Part shown: piece after piece, positions 39,633 to 51,255 of the stretch
Layout: each line of letters begins with the position of its first letter
How positions within the stretch are numbered: position 1 is the stretch's first letter
Assembly: GCA_964449145.1 (NCBI GenBank)
Contig: CAYUYF010000016.1
Location: 3,104 to 67,103, forward strand
Reading direction: 5' to 3'
DNA length: 64,000 nt
Source: an uncultured Gemmatimonadaceae bacterium
Lineage (GTDB): Bacteria > Gemmatimonadota > Gemmatimonadetes > Gemmatimonadales > GWC2-71-9
Translations under genes and position numbers: made by a program
The notes under the pieces: generated by a model
Databases searched by the model: none
What the model saw: the letters and a program-made list of their open reading frames with translations, nothing else
Told to the model about the DNA's origin: nothing

Positions 39633-41627
39633 ATGCACGCGAGCGACGGGCGGCGACGGGTCGTCATCGAGAAGGTCAAGCCAGAGATCGACGACGCGCG
39701 GTTTCCCATCAAGCGGGTCGTGGGAGAAGCCGTGGTCGTCACGGCGGACGTCTTCGGCGATGGACACGATGCGGTGGCCTGCGTGCTGCGCTACCAGGGC
39801 CCGGGGATGAGCGAGTGGCGCGAGCTCCCCATGGAGCCGCTGGGCAACGACCGGTGGAGGGCCAGCTTCCGGGTCGCCGAGCTGGGCCTCTACCACTACA
39901 CCGTGGAGGGCTGGGCCGACCGGTTTCTCACCTGGCGGCGTGACCTTGCCCGCCGACTGGAGGCGCCCGATCAGGATCTCGAGCCGGAGCTGGAGATCGG
40001 GGCCCGGTTGCTCGAGGCCACCGCCCGGCGGGCGGATCGCACCGACGCCGCCCAGCTCACGGCATGGGTCGCCGACCTGCGCGCACCCGGCGCCCCCGCC
40101 GACCGCGCGGCCATCGCCCTCGACCCGGAGCTGGAGGCCGTGGCCGCCCGCTGGCCCGACCGGAGCCTGTCCACGCGGTACCCGCGTGAGCCCGGCGTCC
40201 GCGTGGAACGGCCCCGCGCCCGGTACAGCACCTGGTACGAACTGTTCCCGCGATCCACCAGCGCCACGCCGGGCCGGCACGGGACCTTCGCGGACGTCGA
40301 GAAGCGGCTGCCTGACATCGCCGACATGGGCTTCGACGTGCTCTACCTCCCCCCGATCCACCCGATCGGACGGAGCTTTCGCAAGGGGCCCAACAACAGT
40401 CTGGTCGCCGGGCCAGAGGACGTGGGAAGTCCGTGGGCCATCGGAGCGCGCGAAGGCGGGCACACCGAGATTCTCCCCGCGCTAGGCTCCGCGGAGGACT
40501 TCCAGCGACTCGCCCGGGCCGCCAGCCAGCGGGGCATCGAGCTGGCCATGGATATCGCGTTCCAGTGCTCACCCGACCACCCCTGGGTCACCGCCCATCC
40601 CGAGTGGTTCCGCCACCGGCCGGATGGGAGCATCCAGTACGCCGAAAACCCGCCCAAGAAGTACCAGGACATCTTTCCGCTGGACTTCGAGACGGAGGAC
40701 TGGAAGGGCCTGTGGGAGGCGCTCAAGCAGGTGGTGCTGTTCTGGGCCGAGCGGGGCGTGCGGATCTTCCGGGTGGACAACCCGCACACCAAGGCCTTCG
40801 GCTTCTGGGAATGGATGATCCGCGAGGTCCAGGCGGCCTACCCCGACACCATCTTTCTGGCCGAGGCCTTTACCCGCCCCAAGGTGATGTATCGCCTGGC
40901 CAAGCTGGGCTTCTCGCAATCGTACACCTACTTCTCGTGGCGCAACACCCGGCAGGAGCTGGTCGAGTACTTCACCGAGCTGACCCGGACGGAGGTGCGT
41001 GAGTTCTTCCGCCCCAACCTGTGGCCCAACACTCCGGATATCCTGACCGAGTACCTGCAGATTGGCGGCCGGCCGGCCTTCCAGCTGCGGGCGATCCTCG
41101 CGGCGACGCTGGGGGCAAGCTATGGGATCTACGGTCCCGCCTTCGAGCTGCTCGAACACCGGCCGCGCTCGCCCGGGAGCGAGGAATATCTCGACTCGGA
41201 GAAATTCCAGATCCGGCACTGGCAGCTGGACGCGCCGCACAGCCTGCGCCCCCTGCTCACCCGCCTCAACCGGGCCCGGCGGGAGAACCCCGCACTGCAG
41301 CGTGACGCCGGACTGCTGTTCCACCCGGTGGATAACCCGCTGCTCGTGTGTTACAGCAAGACCAGCGAGGACGGCCTGCACGCCGCGCTGGTGGTGGTGA
41401 ACCTGGACCTGCAGCACCGGCAGGCGGGATGGGTCCGGCTCGACCTGGACGCTCTGGGCCTGGAAGAGGGCCTGCCGTTTCAGGTGGAGGACGCGCTGAG
41501 CGGCAGCCGCTACCTGTGGCAGGGCTCCGCCAACTATGTGGAGCTCGATCCGGCGAGCATGCCGGCCCATCTGTTCCGGATCCGGCGGAAGGTGCGGAGC
41601 GAGCGGGACTTCGACTACTACCTCTGA
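39633..41627 (+). CDS. glgE: Alpha-1,4-glucan:maltose-1-phosphate maltosyltransferase
   Basis: VVIEKVKPEID, WYELFPRS, YLPPIHPIG, GSPWAIG, QCSPDHPW, YAENPPKKYQDI, FRVDNPHTK, AEAFT. Confidence 0.96.
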   Translation: MHASDGRRRVVIEKVKPEIDDARFPIKRVVGEAVVVTADVFGDGHDAVACVLRYQGPGMSEWRELPMEPLGNDRWRASFRVAELGLYHYTVEGWADRFLTWRRDLARRLEAPDQDLEPELEIGARLLEATARRADRTDAAQLTAWVADLRAPGAPADRAAIALDPELEAVAARWPDRSLSTRYPREPGVRVERPRARYSTWYELFPRSTSATPGRHGTFADVEKRLPDIADMGFDVLYLPPIHPIGRSFRKGPNNSLVAGPEDVGSPWAIGAREGGHTEILPALGSAEDFQRLARAASQRGIELAMDIAFQCSPDHPWVTAHPEWFRHRPDGSIQYAENPPKKYQDIFPLDFETEDWKGLWEALKQVVLFWAERGVRIFRVDNPHTKAFGFWEWMIREVQAAYPDTIFLAEAFTRPKVMYRLAKLGFSQSYTYFSWRNTRQELVEYFTELTRTEVREFFRPNLWPNTPDILTEYLQIGGRPAFQLRAILAATLGASYGIYGPAFELLEHRPRSPGSEEYLDSEKFQIRHWQLDAPHSLRPLLTRLNRARRENPALQRDAGLLFHPVDNPLLVCYSKTSEDGLHAALVVVNLDLQHRQAGWVRLDLDALGLEEGLPFQVEDALSGSRYLWQGSANYVELDPASMPAHLFRIRRKVRSERDFDYYL

Positions 41628-41649
41628 GCCGGGGCGGCGGACAGCGAAA

Positions 41650-41682
41650 ACGGCGGTGAGGGGCCCTGGCTCCTCACCGCCG
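41650..41682 (-). terminator. Intrinsic terminator between convergent glgE and yceI
   Basis: 12-bp stem ACGGCGGTGAGG / CCTCACCGCCGT; TTTT tract on the minus strand. Confidence 0.7.
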
Positions 41683-41708
41683 TCGTGTGTCCGCCGGGTC
41701 GCCGCCGG

Positions 41709-42314
41709 TCACTCCAGCCGCACGGCCTCCAGCGCGATCGTGATCTCCACCTCGTTGCCGATGAGGGTATTCGCGCCGACGACCGTGTTCCATTCCATGC
41801 CGTAGTCACGGCGGTCGATGGTCGTGGTCGCGTCGAACGCCACCCGATCGTGCCCGTCGGAGTCCTTGGTCACGCCGCGGTACTGGCCGGTGAAGCGCGC
41901 CGGGTGTGAGCGGCCCTTGATGGTCAGCACGCCGACTACTTCGGCGGTGGTATCGCTCATGGAGAGGCCGGTGCCGCGGAACTTCATTTCCGGGAAGCTG
42001 TCCACCGCGAAGAACCGCCCGCTGCGCAGGTCGGCATCGCGGAGCGCGTTGCCGGTAGTGAGGCTGGCGGTCTGGACGATCACATCCACCCGGCCGCTGC
42101 GGAGTCCGCGGCTGTCGGTGGTGATCACCGCGTACCAGTTGGTGAAGCTGCCGCGCACCCGCCCCACCAGGTGGCGAACCCGGAAGTCGATCTGGGAGTG
42201 AACGATATCCACCACCCAGCGGTCCCCCGGGGGGGGCACTGGCGTCTGGGCGGCGAGCACGCCGGTCAGGCCGGTCACCAGCATGCCAGCCACCACCGCT
42301 GTCCGTGGGATCAT
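41709..42314 (-). CDS. YceI-family lipid/polyisoprenoid-binding protein, exported
   Basis: HSQIDFRVRH, SLTTGNALRDADLRS..FF, TIDRRDYGM; signal peptide from ATG 42314. Confidence 0.88.
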   Translation of the reverse strand: MIPRTAVVAGMLVTGLTGVLAAQTPVPPPGDRWVVDIVHSQIDFRVRHLVGRVRGSFTNWYAVITTDSRGLRSGRVDVIVQTASLTTGNALRDADLRSGRFFAVDSFPEMKFRGTGLSMSDTTAEVVGVLTIKGRSHPARFTGQYRGVTKDSDGHDRVAFDATTTIDRRDYGMEWNTVVGANTLIGNEVEITIALEAVRLE

Positions 42315-42628
42315 GAGGCCGCTCCACCTGAGGGTCTCCGGCCAAACTAGCCTCGTCAGGTGAAGGTGCCATGAGAATAGGCGGAAATGGGCCATGGCTC
42401 GGTGCCGGCGGCCCAGACGGCGAAGACAGGGGCGGGGGTGCCAGGTCCGCAAGCTCCACCAGGGTCGGAGATGTCTCCGGGCCACACGGACGCCGGCCCG
42501 GGACGCCACGCCGAACCCAGACCTGAGCCCCCCCCGGCGGTGCGCGGCGAGCATGGAGCGCCGCAGCCCCCCCTTCTAGATTTCCCGTCCGGGGTCCCTT
42601 CCTGCCAACATCTGCTCCCACGAGCCCA

Positions 42629-43744
42629 ATGCGCTACCGCCGCATGCCCATCGAAGTCGAGTCTCCCGAAGAGATCGGCTACGGCTCCATCCGCTGCAAC
42701 CTTGCCGAGAGTTCGATCCGCGATCGAATCCTGGGTGAACTCGACCTCGGTCCCGACCTCGCCCGCTGTGTGCTGCAGTACGGCGATCATCGCGGTCACC
42801 CGGAGTTCCGTGGCGCCCTGGCCGTGGAGGCCGGCTGCTCCCCCCGGGAAGTGCTGCTGACCCCGGGGGCGGTGGGCGCACTGTTCTTCGTCCATACCGC
42901 GCTGCTCTCCCCGGGAGACCACCTGGTGGTCCTGCGACCGAACTATGCCACCAATCTGGAGACGCCGCGGGTCATCGGCTGTGAGGTCAACCACCTCGAC
43001 CTCACCTTCGAGGCCGGGTTTCGCTACACCGCCGACGACATCGCGGCGCTGCTGCGGCCCACGACCCGGCTGGTGAGCCTCACCACTCCCCACAACCCCA
43101 CCGGCACGGTCCTCCCGGCCGGGGAGCTCGCCCGCATCGCTGAGCTGTGCCGGGTCCACGGCGCCCGGCTGCTGGTGGACGAGACCTACCGCGACTTGAC
43201 GCCCAGCGGGCCGCCGCCGCTGGCCACCCAGCTCGGCGAGCACGTCATCAGCGTCGCGTCACTGTCCAAGGCGTACGGGTTGCCGGGCCTGCGGGTCGGG
43301 TGGCTGGCAACCAGGGACCCGGCCCTGGCAGAACGATTCCTCGCGGCCAAGGAGCAAATCGTCATCGCCGGGCCGATACTGGACGAGGAAATCGCCTGGC
43401 GGGTCTACGCCCGCCGCCGCAACCTGCTGCCGGGCATCCTGGCGGATGTGGCGATGCGCTCCGCAGTGCTGCGGCGGTGGATGGCGGGGCAGGGCACCCT
43501 CGAATGGGTGGAGCCGGAAGCAGGGGTTGTTGCGTTCCCCCGGATCAAACCAGCCCTGGATGTGGACGTCGAGCGATTCTACGGTGTCCTCAACGAGACC
43601 TACGCCACCTGGGTCGGTCCCGGCCACTGGTTCGAGCAGGACCGGCGCTATATGCGGCTCGGTTTCGGATGGCCCACCCCCACGGAGCTGGAGGAGGGGC
43701 TCTCCAATATCGGGTTGGCGCTTGCGGCCGCGACCGGGGCCTGA
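42629..43744 (+). CDS. Class I/II PLP-dependent aminotransferase
   Basis: TPHNPTG, LVDETY, SLSKAYGLPGLRVGW. Confidence 0.9.
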   Translation: MRYRRMPIEVESPEEIGYGSIRCNLAESSIRDRILGELDLGPDLARCVLQYGDHRGHPEFRGALAVEAGCSPREVLLTPGAVGALFFVHTALLSPGDHLVVLRPNYATNLETPRVIGCEVNHLDLTFEAGFRYTADDIAALLRPTTRLVSLTTPHNPTGTVLPAGELARIAELCRVHGARLLVDETYRDLTPSGPPPLATQLGEHVISVASLSKAYGLPGLRVGWLATRDPALAERFLAAKEQIVIAGPILDEEIAWRVYARRRNLLPGILADVAMRSAVLRRWMAGQGTLEWVEPEAGVVAFPRIKPALDVDVERFYGVLNETYATWVGPGHWFEQDRRYMRLGFGWPTPTELEEGLSNIGLALAAATGA

Positions 43745-43992
43745 CGTCACGCCAGTCCCCCCTCCGGGCTCCCCTCCGCCCTCGCCCAGTGGTTCCGGTG
43801 AATCCTGGCACGCCTACGGTCGTAGTAGCCGATGGACGATCCAACCCAGGGACACCAGCCGGTATCCAATGGGGGCATTCGCAAACCGGCCGGTTGCTCA
43901 GGTCCCTTTCATATAAGTCTATGTCCCTCTCGTGTCTCTTGTCGGAGCTCCAGGTGCTGCCACCACACCAGTTGGCCCCCGTACGGGACGCG

Positions 43993-46644
43993 ATGTCCTC
44001 CCGCAGAACTGCGGCGAGGTCGCTGCTTGCAGCAGCGATGCTGGTCGGCGCCTCGAACGCTCTCCTCTCCGCCCAGAGTCAGGCGGCGGACGCGGCCTCC
44101 CCGCCAGCGACCGCCAAGGAGTTTACCGCGCGGCATACGCGGGCCGCCGCGATCCACATTGACGGTCATCTGGATGAGCCGGCCTGGGCCGTCGCACCGT
44201 GGCGCCGGGATTTCCTGCAGAAGGAGCCGGTGGAGGGGGGCGATCCCTCGGGCCGGACCGAGGTCGCCTTCCTGTACGACGACCAGGCGCTCTATGTCGG
44301 GGCCCGGATGTACAGTGCGGCTCCGCGCCGGATCCCGACGGCGGTGACCCGCCGGGACCAGTTCAGCAACGCCGAGCACCTGGTCATCGCACTGGACACC
44401 TATCACGACCGGCGGACCGCCTACAGCTTCATCATCTCCTCCGGCGGGGTCCGCAGCGACTATTACCATCCCAGTGACTCCGAAGGCTCTCGCGATTACA
44501 CCTGGGACCCGGTGTGGCAGGCGAAGGCCACCGTCGATTCGCTGGGCTGGGTCGCCGAGGTCCGGATTCCCTTTTCCCAGTTGCGGTTCTCGGGGGCCGG
44601 TGCCCAGACCTGGGGTGTCCAGATCAACCGCTGGATGCCGCACGCTGACGAAGACGTCTACTGGATCGTTATCCCCAAGAGCGAGACGGGCTGGTCCTCC
44701 CGGTTCGGGCTGCTCACCGGGATTGAAGGTGTGCGCCCCACCCGGCGGGTGGAGATCCAGCCCTATGTGGCCGGGAACGGAACATTCGAAGATGTGGCTA
44801 CGGGAGACCCGTTCAAGGACGGCAGCGATTTCGAGGGGCGAATCGGGGCCGATTTCAAGATGGGCCTGGGCCCGAACCTCACGCTGGATGCCACGGTCAA
44901 CCCCGATTTCGGCCAGGTGGAGGCCGATCCCGCCGAGGTGAACCTCTCCGCCTTTGAGACCTTCTTCGATGAGCGCAGGCCCTTCTTCACCGAGGGCGCC
45001 CAGCTTCTCCGCGGCGAGGGGCAGAACTTCTTCTATTCTCGCCGGATCGGGCAGTCTCCACGGGGCGCGGCCAACGGCGACTTCGTGGACCGGCCCAGGA
45101 ATGCCACCATCCTGGGGGCGGCCAAGGTCAGTGGACGCCTGCGGGGCGGGACATCCATCGGCGTGCTGACCGCGTTCACGGGCAAGGAGAACGCGCGGAC
45201 CTATGATGTGTCCACCGGACGCTTCGGCAAGACGCCGATCGAGCCCTTCACCGCGTACGGTGTCGCGCGGGTGCAGCAGGAGTTCGGGCCGGACGCCTCG
45301 GTGGCCGGCGTGTCGCTCACCATGGTGCAGCGGGACCTCGGCGACTCCGCCCTCAAGGCGCTGCTGCCCGGCTTCGCCATTACTGGTGGCGCCGACGTGA
45401 GCCTCCGGTTCAAGGGTGGTGCCTATGAGGTCCAGGGATCGGCCGGCTTCAGCCACCTGCGCGGGGACCAGGCCGCCATGCTTCGGGTGCAGCAGCACCC
45501 GGCGCATTTCTTTCAGCGTCCCGACGCCACCGAGTTCAGGCTCGACTCGACGCGTGGCTCCCTGACCGGTGCGGCCGCATCCCTCAGCGCCGCCAAGAAC
45601 GCCGGCCGTCACTGGTTGTGGAGCACCGGCGCGAGCTTCGAGTCCCCGACCTTCGAGATCAATGATGTCGGCCGGCTGGGGAGCGCCAATGATATCGACG
45701 CCTACGCTCAGCTGCGCTATCGCGAAACCGCCCCCGGGCGGCTCCTGCATGGCCACAGCTCCAATCTGTATCTGGGCCGGGGCTGGAACTTTGCCGGGGT
45801 CAACACCTACACCAGCGCCTCGCTGGGCAACAATTTCACCTTCAAGAACTTCTGGAACCTCTTCCTCGGTGGCTTCGTGGAGGCCCGGGCCCAGAGCGAC
45901 GATCTCACCCGGGGCGGGCCGCTGATGGGGCGGCCGGGTGGCTGGGGGGGCGACCTCGAGCTGAACGGGAACGAGGGGAAACCGGTCAACTGGAACGCAT
46001 CGCTCGGCTACTTCAACGATGAAGCCGGCGGCTGGAGCCGGGATCTGGGGCTGTACCTCTCCGCCCGGCCCGCGCCCGCCTGGCGGATCAGCGTGTCCCC
46101 GGAGTGGGAGCGCCGGGTGACCAGCCGCCAGTTCGTCACCACCGTCACCGGCGGCTCGGCTGCCACCTACGGAACGCGGTACGTCTTTGCGTACGTGAAT
46201 CGCAATACGCTCTCGGCCAGCATTCGGGTGAACTATGCCTTCTCGCCGGATTTGAGCCTGGAGCTGTGGGGGGAGCCCTTCGCCGCCAGCGGGCGGTATT
46301 CCCGCTTCGGGGAGCTGCCCGCCGCCCGGAGCCACTCGCTCCGCCAGTATGGCACTGACGGCACCACCATTACCGGTCTGCCGGATGGCTCGCGGGACGT
46401 GACCGATGGAGCCCAGACCTTCAACCTCGCCGACCGCGATTTCAACTTCCTCTCCTTCCGGAGCAACCTGGTGCTGCGTTGGGAGTGGCGCCCGGGCAGC
46501 ACCCTCTTCGTGGTATGGCAGCAGGACCGTTCCGGGGACGCCACCGGCCGCACCGCACGGGTAGGATCGCTGTTCGACTCCTTCACGGCCGACGGGGCCC
46601 AGTTTCTGGCGGTGAAGATGACCTACTGGCTTGCCGCCCGCTGA
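43993..46644 (+). CDS. Exported/outer-membrane protein with a CBM9-like N-terminal domain and a DUF5916-like region
   Basis: Signal peptide; IDGHLDEPAW, ALYVGARM, ATVNPDFGQVEAD, FFDERRPFF, FYSRRIG; amphipathic beta-strand C-terminus ending KMTYW; start placed at ATG 43993. Confidence 0.78.
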   Translation: MSSRRTAARSLLAAAMLVGASNALLSAQSQAADAASPPATAKEFTARHTRAAAIHIDGHLDEPAWAVAPWRRDFLQKEPVEGGDPSGRTEVAFLYDDQALYVGARMYSAAPRRIPTAVTRRDQFSNAEHLVIALDTYHDRRTAYSFIISSGGVRSDYYHPSDSEGSRDYTWDPVWQAKATVDSLGWVAEVRIPFSQLRFSGAGAQTWGVQINRWMPHADEDVYWIVIPKSETGWSSRFGLLTGIEGVRPTRRVEIQPYVAGNGTFEDVATGDPFKDGSDFEGRIGADFKMGLGPNLTLDATVNPDFGQVEADPAEVNLSAFETFFDERRPFFTEGAQLLRGEGQNFFYSRRIGQSPRGAANGDFVDRPRNATILGAAKVSGRLRGGTSIGVLTAFTGKENARTYDVSTGRFGKTPIEPFTAYGVARVQQEFGPDASVAGVSLTMVQRDLGDSALKALLPGFAITGGADVSLRFKGGAYEVQGSAGFSHLRGDQAAMLRVQQHPAHFFQRPDATEFRLDSTRGSLTGAAASLSAAKNAGRHWLWSTGASFESPTFEINDVGRLGSANDIDAYAQLRYRETAPGRLLHGHSSNLYLGRGWNFAGVNTYTSASLGNNFTFKNFWNLFLGGFVEARAQSDDLTRGGPLMGRPGGWGGDLELNGNEGKPVNWNASLGYFNDEAGGWSRDLGLYLSARPAPAWRISVSPEWERRVTSRQFVTTVTGGSAATYGTRYVFAYVNRNTLSASIRVNYAFSPDLSLELWGEPFAASGRYSRFGELPAARSHSLRQYGTDGTTITGLPDGSRDVTDGAQTFNLADRDFNFLSFRSNLVLRWEWRPGSTLFVVWQQDRSGDATGRTARVGSLFDSFTADGAQFLAVKMTYWLAAR

Positions 46645-46815
46645 GGCTCGGTGACTCGGCGGGCCATCCGGGCGCGGGCCGGCGGTTCGGCGCCGGCTCC
46701 CGTGTCCGCCGCCCCGGGATCGGGGGCCCATCGCCACGGCTGGTGCGGCGTTCACCTTCGGGGTAGTTTGGCGGGGTGCCGTCCGCCCCGGAAATCCTCT
46801 ACAAAGGTTGCTGTC

Positions 46816-47082
46816 ATGTCCGACCAGCCCGCTGAACTGACCCCGATCAAGCCCGCCCGCATCGCCCAGGAGATCAGCAAGCTCAGCGCCCAGCGGCGCA
46901 GCGGCGAGGTCAAGCCCACCGACTACGACCAGCGTTTTGCCCGCATGATCCAGGAACTCCGCGGCCGCCACGTCGACGGCACCCGGGAGGACATTATGGC
47001 CGCACTCAAGCCACTGCTGGATGCCGGCGAGATCACCGAAAAGGAACACTTCCGCCTGCTGGCCCAGCTCGGCATGAAGTGA
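46816..47082 (+). CDS. Small hypothetical protein with two SHOCT-like motifs
   Basis: KLSAQRRSGEVKPTDYDQRF and LLDAGEITEKEHFRLL; strong coding codon bias. Confidence 0.7.
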   Translation: MSDQPAELTPIKPARIAQEISKLSAQRRSGEVKPTDYDQRFARMIQELRGRHVDGTREDIMAALKPLLDAGEITEKEHFRLLAQLGMK

Positions 47083-47831
47083 TGTCGCTCCCCTCGCCGC
47101 TTGCGCCGCTCGACCTGACGGTGCCGGCCGGTGACGGCCTGCTCCTCAGGGGCGTGCTCGTCTATCCAGAGCATCCGGTCGGGGAGCGATACCCCCTTGC
47201 AGTCCTGGCCCACCAGTACCCCTCCACGGCGGACAGCTTCTCTCCCCTGATCGACGATCTGCTGGAGCTGGGGGTGGCGGTGCTCGCCTTCGACCTCCGG
47301 GGGCACGGGGCCTCCACCGCCGGACCCCAGGGTCCGGTGGTGATTGACACCCCCGTGGGTTTCACCGGCGAGGCCTTCGGCGCCGCCTTCATGGGCAGCG
47401 CCAGCCGGGTGGGATTCGGCCGGATTGATGACGATGTCCTGCGCGTGGCCAGCTGGGGCGCGGCCCAGAATTACATCGATGCCGGACGCCGGCTCCTCGT
47501 CGGCGCCAGCGTCGGGGGAAGCGGAGTGCTGCTGGCTGCCCCCGAGATCACCGGGCTGGCGGGCATTGTGACCTTCGGCGCCGCCGGTGCCCCGGTCTTT
47601 CCCGATGGCCCTGCACGGATCAGGGCCGCGCTGGAACAGACCGGCGTGCCCGCGCTGCTTACCTCCTCCGAGGGCGATGCGTTCAACGGTGCCGGCAACG
47701 TGCGCGAGTGGAGCGAGGGGCTCAAGACCGTGCAGACCCGGCTGGTGCCCGGCGACGCCCACGCCATGGCCATCTACTACGAAGTGCGCGACACCGTGCT
47801 CCGGTTCATCCGCAAGACCCTCGACCTGTAG
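47079..47831 (+). CDS. Alpha/beta hydrolase
   Basis: FDLRGHGAS, GASVGG nucleophile elbow, candidate Asp (EGDAF) and His (DAHAM); GTGA overlap. Confidence 0.82.
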   Translation: MMSLPSPLAPLDLTVPAGDGLLLRGVLVYPEHPVGERYPLAVLAHQYPSTADSFSPLIDDLLELGVAVLAFDLRGHGASTAGPQGPVVIDTPVGFTGEAFGAAFMGSASRVGFGRIDDDVLRVASWGAAQNYIDAGRRLLVGASVGGSGVLLAAPEITGLAGIVTFGAAGAPVFPDGPARIRAALEQTGVPALLTSSEGDAFNGAGNVREWSEGLKTVQTRLVPGDAHAMAIYYEVRDTVLRFIRKTLDL

Positions 47832-47851
47832 GCCTCAGCCGGCCGTCTCCC

Positions 47852-48727
47852 TTGCGCCAGCGTCTGGTCGGACCCTCGGCACCACCGGTTTCCGTCATCG
47901 GGTACGGTGGGATGCACCTCTCGCTCGCGGAGCGCCCCTCCGACCGGCAGGGCATCAAGGTCATTCATGCCGCCCTCGACGCGGGGATGACCCTCATTGA
48001 TACCGCCGATGCGTATTGTCTCGACGCCTCTGAGGTAGGGCACAACGAACGGCTGATCGCCCGCGCGCTCCGGGAGTGGCGCGGTCCGCGGGACCAGGTG
48101 CTCGTCGCCACCAAGGGTGGGATCGTGCGCGACGCCGCCCGGTGGACCCCGAACGGCCGTCCCAGCCATCTCCGAGGGGCGTGCGAGGCCTCGCTCAAGG
48201 CGCTCGGCGTGGAGCGCCTGGCACTGTACCAGCTGCACGCGCCCGATCCACAGGTGCCGTTCGAGGAAAGTGTCGGAGCCCTCGCCGATCTCCGGCGTGA
48301 GGGCAAGGTCGAATGGGTCGGGTTGTCAAATGTCTCGGTCCGGCAGATCGAGGCCGCCGGGCGAATCGTCCCCATCACCAGTGTGCAGAACCGGCTCAAC
48401 CCGTTCTTCCGGGAGGCGATCTTCTCGGGAGTCCTCCGGCACTGTGCCGAGCAGGGCATCGGGTTCCTTGCCTACAGCCCAACCGGTGGCGGCCGGCTCA
48501 CCCGAAAGCTGCCGGGCCACCCCGTCCTCGGTTCCCTGGCGGCGCGTCTGGGGGTCACCGCCCATGCGGTCTGCCTGGCCTGGGTCCTGGCCCAGGGGGA
48601 GGTGGTCATCGCCATTCCCAGCGCGCGACAGGAAGCACACGCTGAGGACAGTGCCGGCGCTGGGAGCCTCACTCTGAGCCCGGTGGACCTTCAGGTCATC
48701 AGCGATGCGGAGTTCGACCGGAGCTAG
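47852..48727 (+). CDS. Aldo/keto reductase
   Basis: [40 protein letters not shown]; start placed at TTG 47852. Confidence 0.9.
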   Translation: MRQRLVGPSAPPVSVIGYGGMHLSLAERPSDRQGIKVIHAALDAGMTLIDTADAYCLDASEVGHNERLIARALREWRGPRDQVLVATKGGIVRDAARWTPNGRPSHLRGACEASLKALGVERLALYQLHAPDPQVPFEESVGALADLRREGKVEWVGLSNVSVRQIEAAGRIVPITSVQNRLNPFFREAIFSGVLRHCAEQGIGFLAYSPTGGGRLTRKLPGHPVLGSLAARLGVTAHAVCLAWVLAQGEVVIAIPSARQEAHAEDSAGAGSLTLSPVDLQVISDAEFDRS

Positions 48728-48806
48728 CCACCGCCGTGGGCGCCTGCCCCGATCCTGCGGTTCACTCGTCTGCGCCCGACCCATCCTCCCCGCGTATATT
48801 ACCGGC

Positions 48807-50034
<1,228 letters not shown>

Positions 50035-50060
<26 letters not shown>

Positions 50061-50730
50061 CAGCCCCCTGGTTGCCCTCGGCACCATGTTTCTCGCCGGG
50101 CTGGTCACCAGCCTGACGCCCTGCGTCTACCCCATGATCCCGGTGGTGGCGGGGGTCCTGGGCGGGGCCGGCAGCGCGGGCCGCAGTCGCGCACAGACCG
50201 TCGGCTACAGTCTGGTCTACGCGCTGGGGCTGGCGCTGGTCTACGCCAGTCTCGGGCTGGTGGCGGGACTAACGGGCTCGCTGTTCGGCACCATCAGCTC
50301 GAGCCCCTGGGCCTATTTTGCGATGGGGAATCTGCTCCTGGTGTTTGGCCTGGCCATGCTGGACGTCTTTCCGGTGACCGTTCCCGGTTCGGTGCTCGGA
50401 TGGGCCAGCCGGTTCGGAGGAGGCTCCTACGGTGGCGCCTTTGCCATGGGCGCCACCTCCGGGCTGGTGGCGGCACCGTGTGGAGCCCCCGCTTTTGCCG
50501 CCGCGCTCACCTTCGTGACCACGACCGGCTCCGCCTTCCTTGGCTTCTGGTACCTGTTTGTCTTCTCGCTCGGCATGACCGCCCTGCTGATTGTGGTGGG
50601 AGTGGGTGCCGGACTGGGCGCCAGGCTGCCGGGCAGCGGACCCTGGACACTCTGGGTCAAGCGGGCCGCAGGCGTGCTGCTCCTCGCGATGGCCGAGTAC
50701 TACTTCATTCAGATGGGGATGGTCTCATGA
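50035..50730 (+). CDS. ccdA: CcdA / DsbD-beta transmembrane electron transporter
   Basis: Six TM segments with TPCVYPMIP and AAPCGAP redox Cys motifs; overlaps the ispG end by 26 nt. Confidence 0.88.
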
Positions 50731-51245
50731 GCGGCAGGACGTGGTTGAGCGGCTGGCTGGCCGGGACCGTAATCCTGGCCTTCTGCACCCCGGTGCACGC
50801 CCAGGGAGATGCCGGGATATCGGTGGGAGCCCGGGCGCCGGTGGTGACCGTCAACGACCTCGATGGACGGCCGGTGGACCTGGGCCAGTGGATCGGCCGA
50901 AAGCCGATGGTGATCGAATGGTGGGCCACCTGGTGTGAGAACTGTGAACTGCTCCTGCCACGCTTCCGGGAGGCCCGGAAGCTGACCGGCGATCGGGTGG
51001 AATACATCGGCATCAACGTGACGGTCAACCAGAGCCCGGAGCGCGTCCGGCGCTACCTGCAGCAGCACGAGGTACCCTTCAGGGTCCTGTACGACACCGA
51101 GGGGACCAGCACCCGAGCCTACCTTGCCCCGGCCACGTCGTTCGTCGTGATCGTGGACTCACTTGGCAAGGTCATTTACACCGGGGTAGGGGGCGATCAG
51201 GCGTTCGAACCTGCCCTCAAACGCGCCGCCGGCGTCCAGAACTGA
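50727..51245 (+). CDS. Exported TlpA/ResA-like thioredoxin
   Basis: Signal peptide; WWATWCENC; ATGA overlap with ccdA. Confidence 0.88.
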   Translation: MSGRTWLSGWLAGTVILAFCTPVHAQGDAGISVGARAPVVTVNDLDGRPVDLGQWIGRKPMVIEWWATWCENCELLLPRFREARKLTGDRVEYIGINVTVNQSPERVRRYLQQHEVPFRVLYDTEGTSTRAYLAPATSFVVIVDSLGKVIYTGVGGDQAFEPALKRAAGVQN

Positions 51246-51255
51246 GGTCGACATC

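Noticed and set aside
42315-42628. Glycine riboswitch upstream of yceI (GGAGA...CTCAGG on the minus strand)
   Set aside because: Lacks the CCGAAG core and the tandem aptamer spacing.
43745-43990. B12 or c-di-GMP riboswitch upstream of the DUF5916-like gene
   Set aside because: Only fragmentary matches (CGGTGAATCC, GCAAACC); the conserved partner elements are absent.
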